From Tubulanus polymorphus (Eukaryota; Animalia; Nemertea): 64,000 nucleotides of DNA. The DNA lies in assembly GCF_964204645.1 (NCBI RefSeq), contig NC_134031.1, positions 21,484,017 through 21,548,016 of the forward strand, given 5' to 3'. A program made the position numbers and the translations under genes. Below are positions 1 to 11,700 of the stretch, one piece after another (within the stretch, counting starts at the first letter, position 1; each line of letters begins with the position of its first letter). The notes under the pieces are model-generated. The model ran no database searches. It was given only the letters and a program-made list of their open reading frames with translations, and was not told the DNA's origin.

Positions 1-3000
1 AAAGATTAAGAATTTTCTGGCTATTTATGCTCCTGAAGATGATGGACTCGATCTGAAATGATAGGTTAAGGTAAACTGAACTGATTTCGAGTAGATGGAC
101 TGAAAGATACAGATTTTTCTTGCAAAATAGGGTCCTAAAGATGATGAATTCTATCTTAATTGATGGGTTAGGGTGTACTGAACTGATTTCAAATAGATAG
201 GTTGAAAGATTAAGAATTTTCTGGCTGCTTTTGGTTCTGAAGATGATGGATTCAATCTGAAAAGATGTGTTAAGGCGTATTGAACTGATTTCAAATAGAT
301 AGGTGGAAAGATTAAGAATTTTCTGGCTATTTATGCTCCTGAAGATGATGGACTCGATCTGAAATGATAGGTTAAGGTAAACTGAACTGATTTCGAGCAG
401 ATGGACTGAAAGATACAGATTTTTCTTGCAAAATAGGGTCCTAAAGATGATGAGTTCTATCTTAATTGATGGGTTAGGGTGTACTGAACTGATTTCAAAT
501 AGATAGGTGGAAAGATTAAGAATTTTCTGGTTATTTATGCTCCTGAAGATGATGGACTCGATCTGAAATGATAGGTTAAGGTAAACTGAACTGATTTCGA
601 GTAGATGGACTGAAAGATACAGATTTTTCTTGCAAAATAGGGTCCTAAAGATGATGAGTTCAATCTTAATTGATGGGTTAGGTTGTACTGAACTGATTTC
701 AAATAGATAGGTGGATAGATTAAGAATTTTCTGGTTATTTATGCTCCTGAAGATGATGGACTCGATCTGAAATGATAGGTTAAGGTAAACTGAACTGATT
801 TCGAGTAGATGGACTGAAAGATACAGATTTTTCTTGCAAAATAGGGTCCTAAAGATGATGAATTCTATCTTAATTGATGGGTTAGGGTGTACTGAACTGA
901 TTTCAAATAGATAGGTTGAAAGAATCAGAATTTTCTGGCTGCTTTTGGTTCTGAAGATGATGGATTCAATCTGAAAAGATGTGTTAAGGCGTATTGAACT
1001 GATTTCAAATAGATAGGTGGAAAGATTAAGAATTTTCTGGCTATTTATGCTCCTGAAGATGATGGACTCGATCTGAAATGATAGGTTAAGGTAGACTGAA
1101 CTGATTTCGAGTAGATGGACTGAAAGATACAGATTTTTCTTGCAAAATAGGGTCCTAAAGATGATGAATTCTATCTTAATTGATGGGTTAGGGTGTACTG
1201 AACTGATTTCAAATGGATAGGTGGAAAGATTAAGAATTTTCTGGCTATTTATGCTCCTGAAGATGATGGACTCGATCTGAAATGATAGGTAAAGATAAAC
1301 TGAACTGATTTCGAGTAGATGGACTGAAAGATACAGATTTTTCTTGCAAAATATGGTCCTAAAGATGATGAGTTCTATCTTAATTGATGGGTTAGGGTGT
1401 ACTGAACTGATTTCAAATAGATAGGTTGAGAGAATCAGAATTTTCTGGCTGCTTTTGGTTCTGAAGATGATGGATTCAATCTGAAAAGATGTGTTAAGGC
1501 GTATTGAACTGATTTCAAATAGATAGGTGGAAAGATTAAGAATTTTCTGGTTATTTATGCTCCTGAAGATGATGGACTCGATCTGAAATGATAGGTTAAG
1601 GTAAACTGAACTGATTTCGAGTAGATGGACTGAAAGATACAGATTTTTCTTGCAAAATAGGGTCCTAAAGATGATGAATTCTATCTTAATTGATGGGTTA
1701 GGGTGTACTGAACTGATTTCAAATAGATAGGTTGAAAGAATCAGAATTTTCTGGCTGCTTTTGGTTCTGAAGATGATGGATTCAATCTGAAAAGATGTGT
1801 TAAGGCGTATTGAACTGATTTCAAATAGATAGGTGGAAAGATTAAGAATTTTCTGGCTATTTATGCTCCTGAAGATGATGGACTCGATCTGAAATGATAG
1901 GTTAAGGTAGACTGAACTGATTTCGAGTAGATGGACTGAAAGATACAGATTTTTCTTGCAAAATAGGGTCCTAAAGATGATGAGTTCTATCTTAATTGAT
2001 GGGTTAGGGTGAACTGAACTGATTTCAAATAGATAGGTGGAAAGAATCAGAATTTTCTGGCTGCCTTTGGTTCTGAAGATGATGGACTCAATCTGAAAAG
2101 ATGGGCTAAGGCGTATTGAACTGATTTCAAATAGATAGGTGGAAAGATTAAGAATTTTCTGGCTATTTATGCTCCTGAAGATGATGGACTCGATCTGAAA
2201 TGATAGGTTAAGGTAAACTGAACTGATTTCGAGTAGATGGACTGAAAGATACAGATTTTTCTTGCAAAATAGGGTCCTAAAGATGATGAATTCTATCTTA
2301 ATTGATGGGTTAGGGTGTACTGAACTGATTTCAAATAGATAGGTTGAAAGAATCAGAATTTTCTGGCTGCTTTTGGTTCTGAAGATGATGGATTCAATCT
2401 GAAAAGATGTGTTAAGGCGTATTGAACTGATTTCAAATAGATAGGTGGAAAGATTAAGAATTTTCTGGCTATTTATGCTCCTGAAGATGATGGACTCGAT
2501 CTGAAATGATAGGTTAAGGTAGACTGAACTGATTTCGAGTAGATGGACTGAAAGATACAGATTTTTCTTGCAAAATAGGGTCCTAAAGATGATGAGTTCT
2601 ATCTTAATTGATGGGTTAGGGTGTACTGAACTGATTTCAAATAGATAGGTTGAAAGAATCAGAATTTTCTGGCTGCTTTTGGTTCTGAAGATGATGGATT
2701 CAATCTGAAAAGATGGGTTAAGGCGTATTGAACTGATGTCAAATAGATAGGTGGAAAGATTAAGAATTTTCTGGCTATTTATGCTCCTGAAGATGATGGA
2801 CTCGATCTGAAATGATAGGTTAAGGTAGACTGAACTGATTTCGAGTAGATGGACTGAAAGATACAGATTTTTCTTGCAAAATAGGGTCCTAAAGATGATG
2901 AATTCTATCTTAATTGATGGGTTAGGGTGAACTGAACTGATTTCAAATAGATGGGTGGAAAGAATCAGAATTTTCTGGCTGCCTTTGGTTCTGAAGATGA

Positions 3001-4905
3001 TGGACTCAATCTGAAAAGATGGGCTGAGGCGTATTGAACTGATTTCAAATAGATAGGTGGAAAGATTAAGAATTTTCTGGCTATTTATGCTCCTGAAGAT
3101 GATGGACTCGATCTGAAATGATAGGTTAAGGTAAACTGAACTGATTTCGAGTAGATGGACTGAAAGATACAGATTTTTCTTGCAAAATAGGGTCCTAAAG
3201 ATGATGAATTCTATCTTAATTGATGGGTTAGGTTGTACTGAACTGATTTCAAATAGATAGGTTAAAAGAATCAGAATTTTCTGGCTGCTTTTGGTTCTGA
3301 AGATGATGGATTCAATCTGAAAAGATGTGTTAAGGCGTATTGAACTGATTTCAAATAGATAGGTGGAAAGATTAAGAATTTTCTGGCTATTTATGCTCCT
3401 GAAGATGATTGTCTCGATCTGAAATGATAGGTTGAGGTAGACTGAACTGATTTCGAGTAGATGGACTGAAAGATACAGATTTTTCTTGCAAAATAGGGTC
3501 CTAAAGATGATGAGTTCTATCTTAATTGATGGGTTAGGGTGAACTGAACTGATTTCAAATAGATAGGTGGAAAGATTAAAAATTTTCTGGCTGCCTTTGG
3601 TTCTGAAGATGATGGACTCAATCTGAAAAGATGGGCTAAGGCGTATTGAACTGATTTAAAATAGATAGGTGGAAAGATTAAGAATTTTCTGGCTATTTAT
3701 GCTCCTGAAGATGATGGACTCGATCTGAAATGATAGGTTAAGGTAAACTGAACTGATTTCGAGTAGATGGACTGAAAGATACAGATTTTTCTTGCAAAAT
3801 AGGGTCCTAAAGATGATGAATTCTATCTTAATTGATGGGTTAGGGTGTACTGAACTGATTTCAAATAGAAAGGTTGAAAGATTAAGAACTTTCTGGCAAC
3901 TTTTGGTTCTGAAGATGATGGATTCAATCTGAAAAGATGGGTTAAGGCGTATTGAACTGATTTCAAATGGATAGGTGGAAAGATTAAGAATTTTCTGGCT
4001 ATTTATGCTCCTGAAGATGATGGACTCGATCTGAAATGATAGGTTAAGGTAAACTGAACTGATTTCGAGTAGATGGACAGAAAGATACAGATTTTTCTTG
4101 CAAAATAGGGTCCTAAAGATGATGAATTCTATCTTAATTGATGGGTTAGGGTGAACTGAATTGATTTCAAATAGATAGGTGGAAAGAATCAGAATTTTCT
4201 GGCTGCCTTTGGTTCTGAAGATGATGGACTCAATCTGAAAAGATGGGCTAAGGCGTATTGAACTGATTTCAAATAGATAGGTGGAAAGATTAAGAATTTT
4301 CTGGCTATTTATGCTCCTGAAGATGATGGACTCGATCTGAAATGATAGGTTAAGGTAAACTGAACTGATTTCGAGTAGATGGACTGAAAGATACAGATTT
4401 TTCTTGCAAAATAGGGTCCTAAAGATGATGAATTCTATCTTAATTGATGGGTTAGGGTGTACTGAACTGATTTCAAATAGATAGGTTGAAAGATTAAGAA
4501 TTTTCTGGCTGCTTTTGGTTCTGAAGATGATGGATTCAATCTGAAAAGATGTGTTAAGGCGTATTGAACTGATTTCAAATAGATAGGTGGAAAGATTAAG
4601 AATTTTCTGGCTATTTATGCTCCTGAAGATGATGGACTCGATCTGAAATGATAGGTTAAGGTAAACTGAACTGATTTCGAGCAGATGGACTGAAAGATAC
4701 AGATTTTTCTTGCAAAATAGGGTCCTAAAGATGATGAGTTCTATCTTAATTGATGGGTTAGGGTGTACTGAACTGATTTCAAATAGATAGGTTGAAAGAA
4801 TCAGAATTTTCTGGCTGCTTTTGGTTCTGAAGATGATGGATTCAATCTGAAAAGATGTGTTAAGGCGTATTGAACTGATTTCAAATAGATAGGTGGAAAG
4901 ATTAA
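1..4905. repeat. 102-bp satellite array (ABC 306-bp higher-order repeat with AB 204-bp variants), left of the insertion; runs off the window edge
   Basis: Monomers A 1-102 (aaagattaagaattttctggctatttatgctcc...), B 103-204 (aaagatacagatttttcttgcaaaatagggtcc...) and C 205-306 (aaagattaagaattttctggctgcttttggttc...) align without gaps. Hand-counted mismatches are A/B 24, A/C 20, B/C 22 of 102. The unit restarts at 307. Confidence 0.99.
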
Positions 4906-4916
4906 AGGCCGAGGAG
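4906..4916 (+). repeat. Left terminal inverted repeat of the MITE
   Basis: aggccgaggag immediately follows the TTAA at 4902-4905 and is the reverse complement of 5694-5704. Confidence 0.95.
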
Positions 4917-5693
4917 TATGGATGCTAGTTAACCGGGTGGCAAACACTTGAGATCGGCCGTCCCACTTTTACAGTATCTTGTTTATAATTTTTAGAGTGA
5001 GCGAGGTTGGCTCACTACAGAAAAGCAGGTCACACACAGTTAAATTTGACAAATTCATAAAAGTTTTCATATCAAGTTCTAAACTAATTTTAAATAATCT
5101 AGTCATAGTGGGAATGAAAATCTGATGCTAGCGATCTTTTTTTGTAGAGATAGGGCCAAGATAAAAGATTTTAGAGACATTTCAAATTTTTTGAAAATCA
5201 TTAATTTTTATCCGATTTTAATGAAATTTGGACACAACATTGATGGTAGATAGCTAAACAAGTGTACGAAATTTCAGACTGATCCATTGATCATAGAAAA
5301 AGTTTTGATGTTGCCAAATTTTGGTACTATGAATGAGGCTATGTTTTGTTTATGTATACTGATGACTATAGGTATCAAATTACTGTTAATGTGCTCTGTG
5401 AGCTACACTAATTCACTGGATAACTCCTCCCTCTATGTCATTCAAAGATTCAAATTTTGAAGGAAATACCAACTAAAAACCTTAATTTCTCGTAGAGGAG
5501 GGCCTAAAACACATTTTTGACTGCAGAAATGAATATATTACACATTAATACATATGTCTGACAAAAAGGAGGGTCCAAATCGGATAACTGACAGAGAAAA
5601 TAGGAGGTTTCCAGTTTCAACCGTTGGAGCTCTCCACTGCACTATTGCTTCATGGGTACTGCCATCTTTGACATTGATTGGGCTTTTATACTG

Positions 5694-5704
5694 CTCCTCG
5701 GCCT
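5694..5704 (-). repeat. Right terminal inverted repeat of the MITE
   Basis: ctcctcggcct immediately precedes the TTAA at 5705-5708. Its reverse complement continues aggccgaggag-cag-tat versus aggccgaggag-tat on the left, a possible 3-nt indel in a longer TIR. Confidence 0.95.
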
Positions 5705-8700
5705 TTAAGAATTTTCTGGCTATTTATGCTCCTGAAGATGATGGACTCGATCTGAAATGATAGGTTAAGGTAAACTGAACTGATTCCGAGCAGATGGACT
5801 GAAAGATACAGATTTTTCTTGCAAAATAGGGTCCTAAAGATGATGAATTCTATCTTAATTGATGGGTTAGGGTGTACTGAACTGATTTCAAATAGATAGG
5901 TTGAAAGATTAAGAACTTTCTGGCTGCTTTTGGTTCTGACGATGATGGATTCAATCTGAAAAGATGGGTTAAGGCGTATTGAACTGATTTCAAATGGATA
6001 GGTGGAAAGATTAAGAATTTTCTGGCTATTTATGCTCCTGAAGATGATGGACTCGATCTGAAATGATAGGTTAAGGTAAACTGAACTGATTTCGAGTAGA
6101 TGGACAGAAAGATACAGATTTTTCTTGCAAAATAGGGTCCTAAAGATGATGAATTCTATCTTAATTGATGGGTTAGGGTGAACTGAATTGATTTCAAATA
6201 GATAGGTGGAAAGAATCAGAATTTTCTGGCTGCCTTTGGTTCTGAAGATGATGGACTCAATCTGAAAAGATGGGCTAAGGCGTATTGAACTGATTTCAAA
6301 TAGATAGGTGGAAAGATTAAGAATTTTCTGGCTATTTATGCTCCTGAAGATGATGGACTCGATCTGAAATGATAGGTTAAGGTAAACTGAACTGATTTCG
6401 AGTAGATGGACTGAAAGATACAGATTTTTCTTGCAAAATAGGGTCCTAAAGATGATGAATTCTATCTTAATTGATGGGTTAGGGTGTACTGAACTGATTT
6501 CAAATAGATAGGTTGAAAGATTAAGAATTTTCTGGCTGCTTTTGGTTCTGAAGATGATGGATTCAATCTGAAAAGATGTGTTAAGGCGTATTGAACTGAT
6601 TTCAAATAGATAGGTGGAAAGATTAAGAATTTTCTGGCTATTTATGCTCCTGAAGATGATGGACTCGATCTGAAATGATAGGTTAAGGTAAACTGAACTG
6701 ATTTCGAGCAGATGGACTGAAAGATACAGATTTTTCTTGCAAAATAGGGTCCTAAAGATGATGAGTTCTATCTTAATTGATGGGTTAGGGTGTACTGAAC
6801 TGATTTCAAATAGATAGGTGGAAAGATTAAGAATTTTCTGGTTATTTATGCTCCTGAAGATGATGGACTCGATCTGAAATGATAGGTTAAGGTAAACTGA
6901 ACTGATTTCGAGTAGATGGACTGAAAGATACAGATTTTTCTTGCAAAATAGGGTCCTAAAGATGATGAGTTCAATCTTAATTGATGGGTTAGGTTGTACT
7001 GAACTGATTTCAAATAGATAGGTGGAAAGATTAAGAATTTTCTGGTTATTTATGCTCCTGAAGATGATGGACTCGATCTGAAATGATAGGTTAAGGTAAA
7101 CTGAACAGATTTCGAGTAGATGGACTGAAAGATACAGATTTTTCTTGCAAAATAGGGTCCTAAAGATGATGAATTCTATCTTAATTGATGGGTTAGGGTG
7201 TACTGAACTGATTTCAAATAGATAGGTTGAAAGAATCAGAATTTTCTGGCTGCTTTTGGTTCTGAAGATGATGGATTCAATCTGAAAAGATGTGTTAAGG
7301 CGTATTGAACTGATTTCAAATAGATAGGTGGAAAGATTAAGAATTTTCTGGCTATTTATGCTCCTGAAGATGATGGACTCGATCTGAAATGATAGGTTAA
7401 GGTAGACTGAACTGATTTCGAGTAGATGGACTGAAAGATACAGATTTTTCTTGCAAAATAGGGTCCTAAAGATGATGAGTTCTATCTTAATTGATGGGTT
7501 AGGGTGAACTGAACTGATTTCAAATAGATAGGTGGAAAGAATCAGAATTTTCTGGCTGCCTTTGGTTCTGAAGATGATGGACTCAATCTGAAAAGATGGG
7601 CTAAGGCGTATTGAACTGATTTCAAATAGATAGGTGGAAAGATTAAGAATTTTCTGGCTATTTATGCTCCTGAAGATGATGGACTCGATCTGAAATGATA
7701 GGTTAAGGTAGACTGAACTGATTTCGAGTAGATGGACTGAAAGATACAGATTTTTCTTGCAAAATAGGGTCCTAAAGATGATGAATTCTATCTTAATTGA
7801 TGGGTTAGGGTGAACTGAACTGATTTCAAATAGATAGGTGGAAAGATTAAAAATTTTCTGGCTGCCTTTGGTTTTGAAGATGATGGACTCAATCTGAAAA
7901 GATGGGCTAAGGCGTATTGAACTGATTTCAAATAGATAGGTGGAAAGATTAAGAATTTTCTGGCTATTTATGCTCCTGAAGATGATGGACTCGATCTGAA
8001 ATGATAGGTTAAGGTAAACTGAACTGATTTCGAGTAGATGGACTGAAAGATACAGATTTTTCTTGCAAAATAGGGTCCTAAAGATGAGGAATTCTATCTT
8101 AATTGATGGGTTAGGGTGTACTGAACTGATTTCAAATAGATAGGTTGAAAGATTAAGAACTTTCTGGCAACTTTTGGTTCTGAAGATGATGGATTCAATC
8201 TGAAAAGATGGGTTAAGGCGTATTGAACTGATTTCAAATGGATAGGTGGAAAGATTAAGAATTTTCTGGCTATTTATGCTCCTGAAGATGATGGACTCGA
8301 TCTGAAATGATAGGTTAAGGTAAACTGAACTGATTTCGAGTAGATGGACAGAAAGATACAGATTTTTCTTGCAAAATAGGGTCCTAAAGATGATGAATTC
8401 TATCTTAATTGATGGGTTAGGGTGAACTGAATTGATTTCAAATAGATAGGTGGAAAGAATCAGAATTTTCTGGCTGCCTTTGGTTCTGAAGATGATGGAC
8501 TCAATCTGAAAAGATGGGCTAAGGCGTATTGAACTGATTTCAAATAGATAGGTGGAAAGATTAAGAATTTTCTGGCTATTTATGCTCCTGAAGATGATGG
8601 ACTCGATCTGAAATGATAGGTTAAGGTAAACTGAACTGATTTCGAGTAGATGGACTGAAAGATACAGATTTTTCTTGCAAAATAGGGTCCTAAAGATGAT

Positions 8701-11700
8701 GAATTCTATCTTAATTGATGGGTTAGGGTGTACTGAACTGATTTCAAATAGATAGGTTGAAAGATTAAGAATTTTCTGGCTGCTTTTGGTTCTGAAGATG
8801 ATGGATTCAATCTGAAAAGATGTGTTAAGGCGTATTGAACTGATTTCAAATAGATAGGTGGAAAGATTAAGAATTTTCTGGCTATTTATGCTCCTGAAGA
8901 TGATGGACTCGATCTGAAATGATAGGTTAAGGTAAACTGAACTGATTTCGAGCAGATGGACTGAAAGATACAGATTTTTCTTGCAAAATAGGGTCCTAAA
9001 GATGATGAGTTCTATCTTAATTGATGGGTTAGGGTGTACTGAACTGATTTCAAATAGATAGGTTGAAAGAATCAGAATTTTCTGGCTGCTTTTGGTTCTG
9101 AAGATGATGGATTCAATCTGAAAAGATGTGTTAAGGCGTATTGAACTGATTTCAAATAGATAGGTGGAAAGATTAAGAATTTTCTGGCTATTTATGCTCC
9201 TGAAGATGATGGACTCGATCTGAAATGATAGGTTAAGGTAAACTGAACTGATTCCGAGCAGATGGACTGAAAGATACAGATTTTTCTTGCAAAATAGGGT
9301 CCTAAAGATGATGAGTTCTATCTTAATTGATGGGTTAGGGTGTACTGAACTGATTTCAAATAGATAGGTTGAAAGATTAAGAACTTTCTGGCTGCTTTTG
9401 GTTCTGAAGATGATGGATTCAATCTGAAAAGATGGGTTAAGGCGTATTGAACTGATTTCAAATGGATAGGTGGAAAGATTAAGAATTTTCTGGCTATTTA
9501 TGCTCCTGAAGATGATGGACTCGATCTGAAATGATAGGTTAAGGTAAACTGAACTGATTTCGAGTAGATGGACAGAAAGATACAGATTTTTCTTGCAAAA
9601 TAGGGTCCTAAAGATGATGAATTCTATCTTAATTGATGGGTTAGGGTGAACTGAATTGATTTCAAATAGATAGGTGGAAAGAATCAGAATTTTCTGGCTG
9701 CCTTTGGTTCTGAAGATGATGGACTCAATCTGAAAAGATGGGCTAAGGCGTATTGAACTGATTTCAAATAGATAGGTGGAAAGATTAAGAATTTTCTGGC
9801 TATTTATGCTCCTGAAGATGATGGACTCGATCTGAAATGATAGGTTAAGGTAAACTGAACTGATTTCGAGTAGATGGACTGAAAGATACAGATTTTTCTT
9901 GCAAAATAGGGTCCTAAAGATGATGAATTCTATCTTAATTGATGGGTTAGGGTGTACTGAACTGATTTCAAATAGATAGGTTGAAAGATTAAGAATTTTC
10001 TGGCTGCTTTTGGTTCTGAAGATGATGGATTCAATCTGAAAAGATGTGTTAAGGCGTATTGAACTGATTTCAAATAGATAGGTGGAAAGATTAAGAATTT
10101 TCTGGCTATTTATGCTCCTGAAGATGATGGACTCGATCTGAAATGATAGGTTAAGGTAAACTGAACTGATTTCGAGCAGATGGACTGAAAGATACAGATT
10201 TTTCTTGCAAAATAGGGTCCTAAAGATGATGAGTTCTATCTTAATTGATGGGTTAGGGTGTACTGAACTGATTTCAAATAGATAGGTGGAAAGATTAAGA
10301 ATTTTCTGGTTATTTATGCTCCTGAAGATGATGGACTCGATCTGAAATGATAGGTTAAGGTAAACTGAACTGATTTCGAGTAGATGGACTGAAAGATACA
10401 GATTTTTCTTGCAAAATAGGGTCCTAAAGATGATGAGTTCAATCTTAATTGATGGGTTAGGTTGTACTGAACTGATTTCAAATAGATAGGTGGATAGATT
10501 AAGAATTTTCTGGTTATTTATGCTCCTGAAGATGATGGACTCGATCTGAAATGATAGGTTAAGGTAAACTGAACTGATTTCGAGTAGATGGACTGAAAGA
10601 TACAGATTTTTCTTGCAAAATAGGGTCCTAAAGATGATGAATTCTATCTTAATTGATGGGTTAGGGTGTACTGAACTGATTTCAAATAGATAGGTTGAAA
10701 GAATCAGAATTTTCTGGCTGCTTTTGGTTCTGAAGATGATGGATTCAATCTGAAAAGATGTGTTAAGGCGTATTGAACTGATTTCAAATAGATAGGTGGA
10801 AAGATTAAGAATTTTCTGGCTATTTATGCTCCTGAAGATGATGGACTCGATCTGAAATGATAGGTTAAGGTAGACTGAACTGATTTCGAGTAGATGGACT
10901 GAAAGATACAGATTTTTCTTGCAAAATAGGGTCCTAAAGATGATGAGTTCTATCTTAATTGATGGGTTAGGGTGAACTGAACTGATTTCAAATAGATAGG
11001 TGGAAAGAATCAGAATTTTCTGGCTGCCTTTGGTTCTGAAGATGATGGACTCAATCTGAAAAGATGGGCTAAGGCGTATTGAACTGATTTCAAATAGATA
11101 GGTGGAAAGATTAAGAATTTTCTGGCTATTTATGCTCCTGAAGATGATGGACTCGATCTGAAATGATAGGTTAAGGTAAACTGAACTGATTTCGAGTAGA
11201 TGGACTGAAAGATACAGATTTTTCTTGCAAAATAGGGTCCTAAAGATGATGAATTCTATCTTAATTGATGGGTTAGGGTGTACTGAACTGATTTCAAATG
11301 GATAGGTGGAAAGATTAAGAATTTTCTGGCTATTTATGCTCCTGAAGATGATGGACTCGATCTGAAATGATAGGTTAAGATAAACTGAACTGATTTCGAG
11401 TAGATGGACTGAAAGATACAGATTTTTCTTGCAAAATATGGTCCTAAAGATGATGAGTTCTATCTTAGTGATGGGTTAGGGTGTACTGAACTGATTTCAA
11501 ATAGATAGGTTGAGAGAATCAGAATTTTCTGGCTGCTTTTGGTTCTGAAGATGATGGATTCAATCTGAAAAGATGTGTTAAGGCGTATTGAACTGATTTC
11601 AAATAGATAGGTGGAAAGATTAAGAATTTTCTGGCTATTTATGCTCCTGAAGATGATGGACTCGATCTGAAATGATAGGTTAAGGTAAACTGAACTGATT

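Larger units (their letters stand above)
4906..5704. mobile_element. Non-autonomous TTAA-targeting DNA transposon (MITE-like, 799 bp), probably Kolobok superfamily
   Basis: It interrupts monomer A at gaaagaTTAAgaattttc, with TTAA duplicated at 4902-4905 and 5705-5708. Perfect 11-bp TIR: aggccgaggag (4906-4916) / ctcctcggcct (5694-5704). No transposase-length ORF. Purine-purine 5' termini with a TTAA TSD are characteristic of Kolobok, whereas piggyBac ends begin CC. The insertion itself is near certain; the family is inferred. Confidence 0.9.

Noticed and set aside
85-101. CENP-B box in monomer A (tttcgagtagatggact)
   Set aside because: Only TTCG matches; the required central A and CGGG of TTCGNNNNANNCGGG are absent.
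146-151. EcoRI site polymorphism (gaattc/gagttc) and other common biallelic sites as an encoded pattern or switch
   Set aside because: The pattern is fully explained by duplication of variant-bearing units; there is no recombinase, inversion or other sign of programmed variation.
1-306. TALE, TPR or LRR repeat gene (102 bp = 34 codons)
   Set aside because: There is no TALE LTPxQVVAIAS..GG motif and no TPR small-residue (A/G) pattern. ILNLS and NLYLS only superficially resemble LRR LxxLxLxxN, lacking the first Leu and the Asn. Plus-strand frames keep TGA stops even under a TAA/TAG-to-Gln ciliate code.
4906-5704. piggyBac assignment for the insertion
   Set aside because: It shares the TTAA TSD, but piggyBac termini begin CC(C/T); these begin AGG, which fits Kolobok better.
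5554-5760. 68-aa ORF on the + strand
   Set aside because: It is chimeric: it starts in the MITE, reads through the right TIR and TSD, and stops in satellite monomer A. It has no transposase motifs and exists only because of the insertion.
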